Below, in pieces: positions 13,401-25,546 of a stretch of DNA of 64,000 nucleotides. Below the pieces are notes generated by a model that saw only the letters and a list, made by a program, of their open reading frames with translations, had not been told where the DNA came from and searched no databases. Location: positions 6,290,407 through 6,354,406 of the forward strand of contig MU058584.1 of the NCBI GenBank assembly GCA_013265495.1. Direction: 5' to 3'. Position numbers and translations under genes: made by a program. Numbering within the stretch: position 1 is the stretch's first letter; each line of letters starts with the position of its first letter. This DNA is from Vicugna vicugna. Its lineage: Eukaryota.

Positions 13401-15559
13401 ATCTGCAAGTACTAGTAATATTAATGGTAATTAGTAAGAGTTAGCTTCTTGCCAGGTACTAAGTAAAGCACTTCATGTACTTTGTCTCTGATGTTCCAAA
13501 GTATGAAGGAACAGTAATTATTATCCTGGGGTTTTGTTTTGGTTTGATTTTTGGTTTTTACTTTTTTTTCCCAGAAAATATTTTTAAAATATGTGGTTTT
13601 TAAAAAAAATATTGAGCCATGCTTATATAATTTTTTTAAAAATTAAGAATCTGTAGCTGAAAAGAGCAAGGTGAATTTATTCAAGATCATGTAATAGAGC
13701 CAAGGAGCCACTGCAACTCCCTCAGACTCCAAATCTGTCCTTAAAGCCATTGCACTCCAGTGCAGCATGGCTAGCCAGTAACTGCTCAGCCTTTTAAAAC
13801 CTATGCGTCACCACAGAAACTATGCTACCAAGCTTTACTTTGCATAAATTATACTCGAAGGAGGTACCCAAATGTTTCCCAATGTTATTTTCCAAATCCA
13901 AAAATACATTGCCACATTAAACTTTTTTTCAGATCAAATGTGTTATTCCTTCCTGGTTAAAATAATTTAATTCATCCTTAGGAAGATATGAAAATTTCTA
14001 ATGCTTTTACAAATAAGGAATCTGGAAACCCAAAATGCTTAATGATCTCCTCAAAGACACAAAGCAAGCTGAAGACAGAGCTGGGTCCAGAAGCCAGGAG
14101 GCTTGCCTCTCTCCCACAATGCATTTCCCTATTTCGGAGAGACTTTTAATCTCCACAAGAATGTGAGCAGGGGTCTGCATCTTCAGTCTTAGCCACAGAG
14201 AAGTCAACAGTGCTTCTGCAGAGGTAGAAAGGTCCAATGGTTTCAGGGTGTTCACCCAGAAAATTGTAGAGACGTCAAGAAGGGCTGTTGTGGTAAGAAA
14301 GAAACACACTTGGGAGAGCATGAACTGAGAGGCACCTTCAAGTTGCTTATACTTTTATGAAAGTACATTGCTTCTGAGAAAACATTTTCATTTGCAGGAA
14401 GCAAGGAGTGGAGGTTTGAAAGTCTTATCTTCCCTGACTCACCTTCAGAGGAAGGAAGACCAGGACAAATGCGACTCCCAGCCATCCATGCTAACAAGGC
14501 TCCTCCTTTCCCTGGGTGTTCAGATGTTATTATCAGCTTAAAGTGTTTCCAAGTGGGACTGGCTGCTCCCAGAAATCTGTCAGCTGAGTGTTTGGAAAAA
14601 ACTGAGAAACCCTTGAAAAACATGGAGAGATCAAAGATACTTATTAAAGTATTTTCAAAAGAGCTCTGGGTTTAATAAGAAGCAAATGAGATCAGATGGA
14701 GAGGAATCCAGAGACTGGTTCTAGTGTGGAAAACTCGTGGCAAAGACCAGAAGAATGGAGCATACTGATGGGACTCGCACTCATTTGGAAGTGGAGTGTT
14801 ACTGTGCAGTTGAATTGCTCTGCCCTTGAACCTGGAGAAGTGTGCAGAAGTAAGCAATTACTTAAACAGTCACATCTTTCCTAAAAGATCTGATCCATCC
14901 AAGAAAAATAATGAATTATAACAACAACAAAAAAGTTTTGAGAAGAGAGGAAGCACCCAGCCTTCTCTCTTACCAGAAAGTCTTTTTATGTCTTCAGAAG
15001 ATTTGCAACAGAGTCCTGACTTAGTCAGCCATCAGCATCCTGACAGTTTGATTAAAAGAATGCTCTAGAGGAATTATAAATTTTCTTCTCCCATCAACCA
15101 ACCAACCAAACAAACAAACAAACAAACACAAACTACCCTCTGTGCACTTTGTTTTAGACTAAAACATAATTTAAGTGCATGCTATTACGTAGAACAATTG
15201 CCCTTGGTAAAGAGGGTCCATTCGCTTAATAATTGAAATGGGTAAATGCTGAGACCCACGCAAATAATGAGGCATTAGAACTAACATAGAAGATTACGAA
15301 TCTCGTGAGTCTAATCTCTCTGTGTTCTCAAACTTGAAAAGTGGTCAATTTAGAGGGAAATATTTATCCTTAAGGGATCAATCAAACTGACTAGAAGTGC
15401 AAGGGCATAAGTAATAGAAGGTAAGCCGTTGTAACAGTGAAAACGGAAAATAAAGAGAAAAGCATAATACCTGGTGTTCACAGAAGGCGATGAAAGAGGC
15501 ACCACACACTTAGCATGCAAGAGCTTCATTGGCATAATTATTTCCTTAAAAATGCAAGC

Positions 15560-16020
15560 ATTTGCAACAGCATTAATTTTAGAAGTTCAGCCTTTTTGAC
15601 CAAAAATTCACAGAAATTCCAGTTCAGAGATGTATTCCAAGGAAATTGTGCACACACACACACAGTCTTAGCTACAGAGTTGTTCACTGTAGCTTCATTT
15701 TAAAAAAATAAGAAACTAATATAAAATTGAACAAAAGAGGATTGAGTAAATAAATTATGGTGCATTCATTTAATAACCATGAACTAGCCATTAAATAACA
15801 GAATTTCGGTGTCTATTTAGTGATATCTGTAAAAGATAAGCTATAAAATAGAATCACATCCAAAATTGGTAAAAAAATATTGAGAATATACATGACTATA
15901 TTGAGTCTTGAATGAAATGTCCTTCATTATTTACAGCAGTTATCTCTGGGTGGTAGGATCGCAGGAACTTTAAAATCATTTTCCTTTAATACTTTTCCTA
16001 AATATTTGCATTTATAGTTT
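15560..16020 (+). mobile_element. Ancient L1ME-type 3' fragment
   Basis: GATTGAGTAAATAAATTATGGTGCATTCAT...CAGCAGTTATCTCTGGGTGGTAGGAT. Confidence 0.6.
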
Positions 16021-16029
16021 ATATGTCTG

Positions 16030-16362
16030 ATTTAGCATCCAACCTTCCCTTAAGAGCAAACAGCTATTCTCTGGGCACAAGTGACTCTCCTGTTGGTTTA
16101 AGGTAGTTACCTGACACAGCCTTACCTCATCCTTAGGTTGGTTGGTAAACCTTGAGATGGCTCCACCTTTCAAGAGTGATGGGAGAAGGAGAGAGAGGGA
16201 GAGAGGGAAGGAGGAAGAAAGAGAGAGAAAAAGAAAGTTGGCCCCTAAAGCTGCCTCCATTCTCTGTTTTTAAGTTTCCTAGTGCCAATTAGGGTAAATA
16301 TATACCTTTCAATAAATCCTCCTTCCCAAAGGTGGCTCATGTGTTTCTTACAAATGACTACA
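16030..16362 (+). mobile_element. Possible ancient LTR fragment
   Basis: Ends AATAAATCCTCCTT...TGTTTCTTACAAATGACTACA, an LTR-like 3' organisation. Family not recognised. Confidence 0.35.
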
Positions 16363-16847
16363 GCAGCACAACACAGAAATCCTCATCTGTTATGTTCAGG
16401 AAAAAAATGCTAAATTATATTTTCAAATACAGCTGTAGTAGGATAATAACATTTTATATTTTCTCAATTATAAAAAGATAATCAGACCCACTTTGTATTC
16501 CTGTCACCTTGTTGAGCAAAGTGCACTTTTCCCAGAGAGATTAAAATCATTTACTCTGCTTCTCTATTTTCATCACTCTGGGCAAATGACAACATTGTTT
16601 TACTTGAAGCTTTCATAAGATTTTCCTCCTATATGTAAGTTTTAATCTTAGAGAAATTTACTCAGTAGTCCTCCTTCAGTGCAATTTTTTCTTATTTTTA
16701 GTCCTTATTCATCCACACATCTTTCTAAGAGTGGGCTCTTAGTAACGTTATTCATCTCCAATCCACTGTGCTTTTGAAACTCTGGGAATCCACCTGTCCT
16801 GTAAACAAGAAATTATATATTGGAAGAAACAATTATTGAAGAGATGA

Positions 16848-16875
16848 ATGGATGGATGGATGGATGGATGGATGG
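16848..16875. repeat. (GGAT)n tetranucleotide repeat
   Basis: Read directly. Confidence 0.92.
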
Positions 16876-18129
16876 ACAGGTGGAAGGGATTTCAATATCA
16901 ACCAAGTATTTTTTATGTCTATGATATACTTAGCACTGTGCCAGCCTCTGGGGAGCCGTGAGGGGTAAGAATCATGATTCCTATTCTAAGGGAGCTTAAA
17001 ATAATGTTATGTTAGACTACAAGTCATCAGGTAAAGAACTTCCCTAGGGAAAATCTATCGTTATGAATGGCTCACTCTCTGAAGTCAAGCAGGATCACTC
17101 TAAAATATGTGAAGCTCTGGAGAAATTCATTCTGTGGAGCCCCTATTGATACATACAATTTGAGTCACCCCAAGTCAGTGTGTCAGCCTCATTCTGGAAA
17201 CCTGATCTCATGTGGTCCGGCCAAAGAAATTCCACACCAGTAAATGGGAGTGATTAACTTGCCAGGTCAGCTTCTAGAAGTCCTGCGATGATCCCCATTG
17301 GTGGCAGCCTCAGAGCTTCTAGAGGCACCTAGTTGACCCCACATATGGGCTAGCTGTTTGGCTGAGGTCCATGTGGATCTCTGTCTTGGCACTGAAAGCC
17401 TTGCTGGCTGGTGCTGTGGGCTCCACCTGTCCCTAGGCGCTGGAGAGGACTAGGAGATGTCGAGGAAAGTACTCCAAAGCCCAGGCGCCATACCACAGGA
17501 GGCTGGGGGCAGAAGACTTTGCTTGCAGAGCTAACGTGATCCTAAAAGTAGGCATTTCTCTATTTTTCAAATGCCCTTCCCCTGGACTCACTTTGTCATA
17601 TATACTAAATACCCACAGTGTTCAAGGCACTAAACATAATAAATAATGACCTTAGTAATGGGAAATTCCATCTCCCTATCTTGGGTCTGACATGCCACCA
17701 TTAACTTTCCAAACAGCTTATCATTAATGACAGAAGTCTGAGCACATACTTCTTAAGTTCATCTTCTAAGACTTCAAATAGATTAAAGGAAAGAGATATG
17801 AGCTCTTGCTTCTGTATTCAGACCAGGTTATTCAGACTGTAATATTTTTCTCTGTTGTTTAATTATTTGAGGCACTGGGAGATGGTACCCTCAGCACAGG
17901 TATCAGTGTCCTTGTAGTGAACACTGGCAAAGATGACAGTGGTCAGCCTTCAAGGAATTTTGAAGACATCAGCTATATATAAGGGGGTTCCAGTGCAGAA
18001 GGACATAGCATGTGCAAATGGTACTGTGGCTGGAAGACATCAAATCTTTTATTAATACACTGAGTTACTATGGTTTTTAATACAGATGAAATTTCTTCTA
18101 CTTTCAGAAAAAAAAAATTCTTAGAAAAA

Positions 18130-18300
18130 ATGGAAAGAACTTGGAATTTAGACATAGACCTGAATTCAAATCGTGACTCTTTTTATTGTGAGTTGTGCCT
18201 CTTTGAACAGGTCATTTGAACCTTTGAAGACTCAGTTTCCTCATCTTGTAACATGCAGAAAATACTGACTTCATAGAGGCAACATGAAGATTAAGCACCT
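18130..18300 (+). mobile_element. MIR SINE
   Basis: AGACCTGAATTCAAATC...CTCAGTTTCCTCATCTTGTAA...GAAGATTAA. Confidence 0.7.
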
Positions 18301-20384
18301 TGTAAGTCTGCTGCATCTTTTCTGTTCCTACATCTTTTCTGTTACTAGTTACATAGTTACTCTTTTCTGATTCTTTTCAGCTATCATTGTGCTCTTCTAT
18401 GGGCGCATGTATCCTTGCTCTTAAAAAAATGTGGACTTCTTTGCTGGATCCTTCCTCTGGTTGCCAGTTATTGTGATGAGTAATTATGTGCAAATGTGTG
18501 TTCTCCACCAAATGTTGTAAGAGGCAGAAAACTCATTTCTTCAGCGCCCTCAAAAAGCACAAGACACTAATGTGCGTCTGTGTGCCAGCAGTTTAGAAAT
18601 GAAAATTTCCACATTCCTTGTGCCTGGTCTCATTAATTCTCCCCCACCCCAGTGGTGTTAAGGTTTTATAAATAAGCAGGACAGGATTGATTTGTTCCAT
18701 TTCAGCAAACTGTAAAAGAAAACAGTCGAGAAATCGCTCCCATCATCATTTCCACCCCCTGCAATCACGTTAATCTTTAAAACTGGGCAAAAGCCTGTGT
18801 AGACTTTCCCAATTAGGTGAAAGATGATTTCATTTCGGTAATCTTTAGGGAAGTTATTTCTGGTTTCTGCAAACATGCCAAAGTAATGCAAGAGGCTCCA
18901 TAAAGAGTCTAGTTTGATTTCTCACTGGCGGAAAGGAGACTCAAGATGCAGGAAGACCTGACCACCAGCATTATTAGGATTTATGATGTCCAATCGGACC
19001 TACATGGGTGTAGCCTAGAGGAACGGAAGAAACATCGAGGGAAGAATTGGAACACCCAGGGGTCCTTGAAGATGTCTGGTACTGGTGTTTCCAAACCTTT
19101 TCAGCAAAACCCTGGAGATTCCTGGGAAGGGTTGTCTGTTGGATATATAGACAGGGAAAGGGGCAAGAATCCGCCAGAGCTGATCTATTTTTTCAGATTC
19201 TAGATACAAACTTCCATATATGATCAGCCTCACTCACCAATATCATCTAAAATCCCTTCTGTGGTTTGAATTTCTCCTGTAGCTTTCCATCCTCTTGCCT
19301 ATGCCAGAGCATCTCCAGTGACAGGGCCCCCAAGGCAGCCATCTTTGGTTTCCAGAGGCTCCCTAAATTCCTTTCCGGCTCTATTAGCCTCTACCAATCC
19401 ATGAATGGTGTGAAGACAATGGTGTGAAGACGTCGATTGAAAGCATTTGTCCGACTTGATTCATCAATCCAGAGCTTCCTATGCAGTTGCTTTTCTGTCT
19501 TTAGGGTAGAGACAATTTCAAATTTATTTTATTTTAATATATTTTTAAAGCATGGGAAAGTAACGCACACACCCCCCCCACCTCTTTGACACAGGGCGTG
19601 TTGCTTTTTCTCTTCAATGGGGAAAACATTCACATCAGGATTGATTTAAATTTTTTTCTCCCTTTTAAATCATAAACAGTCCTGGTACAAGAAACAGTAG
19701 CTGTTATAGATTAAAAGTTCATTTGCCTCGCCTGGGCTGATGATTGATACTTGGAGGGCAGGCAAGAGGGGTGTTGGATCTCGGCTGGGAGATTGGAAGT
19801 GGGGCAATTTTGTCACATTACCTGTTCTTTATAAGAGTGTTAGTGTTGGAGGAAATTTAGGTTTGGGGAGAAAGAGCTTTTTTTTCCTCTAGATTTTAGT
19901 AGATGTTGGTCCAACATTTTGTTTTGTTTTGTTTCTTACTATGCCGGGTTCACCAGCTTTAAGTACCTGTAGTGCACATGAGCTGGTGTGAGGCCCTCTA
20001 AATGGGCTTTTAATGGTCTGTTGAATAAAGCAGCTACCAGTTCAGGAAATGCATGCCTTTTATAGGTGCATACTTTCAAAGCTTCTTTTTGTGAGTGCCA
20101 GTTGAGAGGTGCCTTTGTATATGTTCTTCACAGACCCAGCACAGCAATAAAGACTGTCTCTGGAAGCATTAAAAAACAAGGAACAAATGTATACTTCTAA
20201 TGTCAAGAACAGTAACTTTTGTGGGTTAAAAAAAATATCTTTCCTTTAGGAAAGTTATTTGAGCTCGTTCGAAAATTACCATTTCACAAGAGTGTGGTAC
20301 TCAGATTCATTGAATGTCTTTTTCAGTGGTATTTGTAATCAAGGCGTGGATTTTTAAAAGCAGGAAGAAGTGATTAGCAGGGTT

Positions 20385-20620
20385 TTTTTCAATTTTTTCA
20401 ATTTATTTTTTAATGAAGTATATAGTCAGTTCACAATGTTGTGTCATTTCTGGTGTACAGCATGATGTTTCAGTCATACAAATATATACATATATTACTT
20501 TTTGTATTTTTTTCATTATAGGTTACTGCAAGATATTGAATATAGTTCCCTGTGCTATACAATAGAAACTTGTTTATCTATTTTGTGTATAGTAGTTAGT
20601 ATCTGCAAATCTCGAACTTC
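20385..20620 (-). mobile_element. Short L1 3' UTR fragment
   Basis: T-rich tail, then GAAGTATATAGTCAGTTCACAATGTTGTGTCATTTCTGGTGTACAGC...TATCTGCAAATCTC, homologous to the L1 ends at 24.6 and 31.2 kb. Confidence 0.9.
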
Positions 20621-21204
20621 TTATTTATGTTTGCAGCTATAATAGAATTCTTAGTCTTCAGTTTTCTAATTCCTGTGTGTTGTGAACACTACCTCCCTTT
20701 TAGTTTTTAACTGTAGCAAATGTCTACCATACACTTAAGATCCTTGAACTTGTCATTTAGTACAACATCTGGAAATAATAGTGATCTTTGCACAAAACCA
20801 TTTAATATTGACATATTAAATTTAAAATAACAGAATATATAACATGACACCAAGTTTTATTAGACAGTAATAAATGCAGCAAGGAGCAGCACCAAACCTT
20901 TAAGAAAAAAATGTGGTGAGAAACCTTAGAGTTGAAAGATAATTCCATTAAATGCATTTTTCTGAGAAATTGGAAAGACTGCTATTACTCATATTTAATA
21001 GCACAACACCTTGGCTGAAATTGTGAAAGGATGGCTTTCTATGGAAGCATATAGTTTGAGAACCAGAATCATAGCTAGAGATGCATGAAGATTCTGAGTT
21101 TCCAGAGAGCTTATGTATCATAAGCCAAACTTTTTCTATGTTGATTTAAAGTCCTCAGGATGGTCTAAGCCTGAAACCAAAAGGAAAAAAAAAAAAGAAA
21201 GAAA

Positions 21205-22090
21205 GAAATGCTGATAAATTTGACTACCAAGAAATGTAAAATTTCAGTTCGTTGCATAAAACACCATAAGAAAAATTAAAAGGCAAAAAACCCTGATAAG
21301 CTGCAAAAACATATTTGCAACGTATAATGTATTACTGTATTTAAAATAACATGAGTTTACACAAATCAATAAGTGAACAACTAATGCTAGGGTAGAAAAT
21401 TATGGGCAAAAGAAAATGATAAGTAACTTATAAAATAAGAAATACATATAGCCAATACACATGGCAAACTCAGTCAACCTTATTGCTAACCAAAGAAATG
21501 TATATAAAATGATAAAATGACATTTATTTTTATCAATCTGTCAGTTTAGGGAAGTGGATACAGCACTACTATGTATGTTAGTATAAATTTTGAAAAAATA
21601 ATTTGAGAACACCCATCAAAAGTCTTAAAAGTTTTTTATATCTTTAATAAAAAAAAATTCTACTTTGAAATACATGTTGCTATCTCTCATTTTTTCCCTT
21701 ACGTAAAGTCTTTTGTATGGTAGTCTTTGTATCATTATTTAAAATGGAAAATTGGAAACAATTTTACTGTCTAATCCTAAAGGACAGGTTAAGCAAGTTA
21801 TGACATACTGCACAACGTCACACGATATCACACTATAAGGTCTTTAATTATTGTGTTATAAGTGTTTCCTTATAGACATCAAAAGGTATTCATAATATTA
21901 AATGACAAAGCAATTTTCAAAGATGTATTATGCTATGATTCTATTTCTGTTAAATTATACACACAGAGAAAAGGGCTGGAAGTTCGTATATCAAGATGTC
22001 TATTATCATTATTTGTGGGTGGGTGGAATTATGTGTGTTTATTTTATTTTTTTTTTATCCTACGCATATTTTTTTCTGTCATGATTATGC
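21205..22090 (+). mobile_element. Ancient L1M fragment (ORF2 end and 3' UTR)
   Basis: GATAAATTTGACTAC...AACACCATAAG...ATATTTGCAAC...AACCAAAGAAATG...AATTGGAAACAA. Confidence 0.7.
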
Positions 22091-22571
22091 GTGCCAAGTT
22101 GAGGAAAAAACCCAGAATTTATTTTTAAGTTTCCATCCTGCAGACGCTATCTAAAGAGACCAAATGACATATCTAGCCTAAGACATGTTATTACCTCCAA
22201 CAATAATTCTTTTCCTCTAAAAATAATCTCTCTTACAGATTCTTCCTCTCTAGAATGCCTTTCACCCATTTTATTCATGGGTCATCTCAGCTGGTGATGA
22301 ATTTCATATTTCTCCAAGGAATCATATAGTTTGTTTCCGTGCAGTAAACTCTCCCCATCACCAGTAATGAAATCAAACCACTCTAAAGTAAGATCTTGGG
22401 GAGGGAGAAGCCAAGTCAATGAATAGCTTTGTATGACTTGAATGAATCCCTGAAGAAATAAATCAGACTCCTAGCTTTCATCTTATTCCTGGCCCCTGGA
22501 ATAAGAATGTTAACTCAGCCAACTTAATGCTTAGGAAAACCAAAAAAGAAAATAAAATATTTAAGAAAAAC

Positions 22572-22608
22572 AGAAAAAGAAAAGAAAAGAAAAGAAAAGA
22601 AAAGAAAA
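22572..22608. repeat. (GAAAA)n pentanucleotide repeat
   Basis: About 7 units, read directly. Confidence 0.92.
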
Positions 22609-23125
22609 CTTTAAGTCCTTGTGTCCATAACAAAGATAAGGATATTCATTGATTCTATTTTTTAAGCATCTCTATTATGAGGAGTACTATGATCTAGGTA
22701 TGTTTAAGATGAACATCAGGAGAAAACTTGAAGGGGGAAAAAAGCAGAAATAATATATAGATTTTGGAATTGGCAAGACCTCAAGGGTTTACAGTTCAGC
22801 CCTGTCTGCATCTTGCAAGCTGTGAGACTACAGAAAAGGCGCTTAATCCTTCTGAGGGGAGATAATACCAAAGGAAATGTTATAAATATTAAAATCACAT
22901 TAAATATATTGTGCACTGGACAATTAACACACATCAGTTTCTTTTATTCCCAGGAAAAGATTTAGAAGGCAGAGAAGGAGAAGGCAGGAAATTCTCCTCA
23001 CCTCCAACCCCCAGGTTCAGAATTTTTGACACAGCCCTAGCAATACTGTGAGAGAAACATATATGTTTGGAGAGAGGCAAATGGATAATAATTGGGAGGA
23101 AAGAGTATTTTAAAATAATTTTAGT

Positions 23126-23260
23126 GGGGAGGGTATAGCTCAAGTGGCAAGAGTACATGCTTAGCATGCACAAGGTCCTGGGTTCAATTCCCAGTACCTC
23201 ATCTAAAAATAAATAAATAAACCTAATTACCTCCCTGACTCAAAAAACAACAACAACAAC
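23126..23260 (+). mobile_element. tRNA-Ala-derived SINE (camelid Vic-1 type)
   Basis: GGGGAGGGTATAGCTCAAGTGG (A box)...CTTAGCATGCACAAGGTCCTGGGTTCAATTCCC (B box), followed by AAATAAATAAACCTAATTACCTCCC and an A/CAA tail. Confidence 0.9.
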
Positions 23261-23269
23261 TCTGCTCTT

Positions 23270-23397
23270 TACAATGAAAACAAATATGTGTATACATACG
23301 TATGTTCATGTATGACTGAAGTGTTATGCTGTACACCAGAAATTGACACAACATTGTAAACTGACTACACTTCAATAAATATATATGGATACAAAAA
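23270..23397 (+). mobile_element. Young L1 extreme 3' end, directly behind the SINE
   Basis: TATGACTGAAG...GTACACCAGAAATTGACACAACATTGTAAACTGACTACACTTCAATAAA resembles the 3' ends of the other young L1 copies in this window. Confidence 0.9.
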
Positions 23398-24347
23398 TAA
23401 AATAATTTTAACATCCATCTGAGAACAAGAATAGAGAAAAATCCATGGTCATAAAGAGCAGAAACAACGAAGATACTGTAGAGTCCAAGGAAGCTCTGGG
23501 CTTGGAACACGCAGCTCATTATTTTTGAGAATCAGCAGTTTCTCTCCCTGCCCTGCTTCTTCCTGGATCGTGCGGGAGGAACTCAGGTATGCTACTTAAT
23601 AGATATGCTGTTGCCAAATGAGAAAAACAATACCTTCCTCTTTTTTACCTAATCTAATGCTACAACAACCAAATGTGATGATCTTTCAAAATGGTTTGGG
23701 CTCTCGGGAAGGTAATCCTTACACCCAAGTCCTGCAGTTGCTGTCATGTGCAGTGTGGTTGAAGGTATGAGTTTCATCTGGGAAGTCTGAAGCTAGAGAA
23801 AATTCCATCTCACTTCCAGTTTTAAGGGTTTGGAGGAGATTTGAAATTTTAGGAACCCCTGAAGCATGGTGAATGGGAAGGAAGTTTGATTTAAAAAAAA
23901 AAAGTTTATGAAGTGCCTGGTGGGAGCTGGGGCTAGTGGTCAGGAAAATGGGAATGGACATGTGGTATGTACCTCGTACTGAGTGTGGTTTGAGAGAGTT
24001 GGTGTGAATTAAGAATATCATGGATGTGAAATACATCCACCACAAGGTCTGTTATTGTGGGTTTGAGTTTGAAATACTGAAGTGTTTCTTTAGGATCAAA
24101 GCTTTGGCAGGATGAGATGGGCATGGGGACAGGTTCCAGTCTGGCCAGAAGCAAAAACTCCACATTCTCCTCAGGAGACATGTAGTCTGAGAAAATGCTT
24201 TTGGTTGCTCAGAGTGTAATGTTCACATTTACTTTGGAGTACTTTTGAAATTTCTTCAGTAAGAATGCCTCTACTCTGAAATAGGGCAATCGTGATAGCT
24301 GTTAATTCTTTGTTTCTTTGTCTCTGTCTCTCTTTCTGTCCCTCTGA

Positions 24348-24352
<5 letters not shown>

Positions 24353-24390
<38 letters not shown>
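24353..24390. repeat. (AC)19 microsatellite
   Basis: Perfect dinucleotide run read directly. Confidence 0.97.
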
Positions 24391-24392
<2 letters not shown>

Positions 24393-24574
24393 ATACTAAG
24401 CAGTGTTTACTCTTTTATGCTTTGTGGTCACCACCTTTTGGTGCACACAGTGAACTGAAAAGAATCCTTCTGAGGTCCATTTGGAACTCCTTGCTTGAAT
24501 TCTATGGAGGAAAGAAAGAGACACGCCCCAGTGAATCTCAGTACCATTCTTCTAACATAAGCATGGTTAGTTCT

Positions 24575-25546
24575 TTTTTTCTGTAGGTACGTATTTTTAT
24601 TGACGTATAGTCAGTTTACAAAGTTTTGTCAATTTCTGGTACATAGCATAATGCTTCAGTCATACATGAACATACACATGTTTGTTTTCATATTCTTTCT
24701 CTCCGTAAGTTACTACAAGATATTGAATAAAATTCCCTGTGCTAGACAGTATAAACTTGTTTGTCTATTTTACATATGTATTAGTTAGTATCTGCAAATC
24801 TCAAAATCCCAATTTATCCCTTCCCACTCCCTTCTCCCTCTGGTAACCATAAGTTTGTTTTCTATGTCTTTGAGTATGTTTCTCTTTTGTAAATAAGTTC
24901 ATTTGTCTTCTTCTTCTTTTTTTTTTTTTAGATTCCACATATAAGTGATATCATATGGTATTTTTCTTTCTGTTTCTGGCTTACTTCACCTAGAAGGACA
25001 ATGTCCAGGTCAATCTATGTTGCTGCAAATGGCATTATTTTATTCTTTTTTATGGCTGAGTAATATTCTATTATATAAATATACCACAACTTCTTTATCC
25101 AGTCATCTGTTGATGGTTGCTTCGATGTCTTGGCTATTGTAAATGTGCTGCTATGAGCATTGGGGTGCATGTATTTTCTGAAATTAAGGCTCCCTCTGGA
25201 TATATGCCCAAGAGTAGGATTGCTGGGTCATATGGTAAGTCTACTTTTAGTTTTTTAAGGAATCTCCATACTGTTTTCCATAATGGCTGCACCAAACTAC
25301 ATTCTCACCAGTAGTGTAGGAGGGTTCCCTTTTCTCCATACTGTCTCCAGAATTTATCATTTGTGGACTTTTGAATGATGGCCATTCTGACTGGTTTGAG
25401 GTGATACCTCATTATAGTTTTGATTTGCATTTCTCTGGTAATTAGTGATATTGAGCAGTTTTTCATGTGCCTGTTGGCCATTTGTATGCCTTCATTGGAG
25501 AATTGCTTGTTTAGGTCTTCTGCCCATTTTTGAATTGGGTTGTTTG
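24575..25546 (-). mobile_element. Lineage-specific L1, 3' ~1 kb (ORF2 C-terminus plus 3' UTR), degenerate
   Basis: Minus-strand translation [15 protein letters not shown]...REMQIKT..RYHL.PVRMA parallels the 50-kb L1. Poly-T at the left end. Probable TSD GGTTAGTT(C/T)T at 24565-24574 / 25547-25556. Confidence 0.95.

Noticed and set aside
17660..17669. Exact NF-kB-type site GGGAAATTCC
   Set aside because: An isolated 10-mer; given the degeneracy of the motif, matches are expected by chance in 64 kb.
23126..23200. Possible tRNA-Ala gene
   Set aside because: The stems are mismatched, and it has a SINE-specific 3' extension, an A-tail and a TSD, so it is a SINE head.
24575..24600. Possible 3' transduction in the 24.6-kb L1 (TACGTACCTACAG between AATAAA and the tail)
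   Set aside because: The copy ending at 23397 has a similar-length spacer (TATATATGGATAC), so this is probably the normal family terminus.
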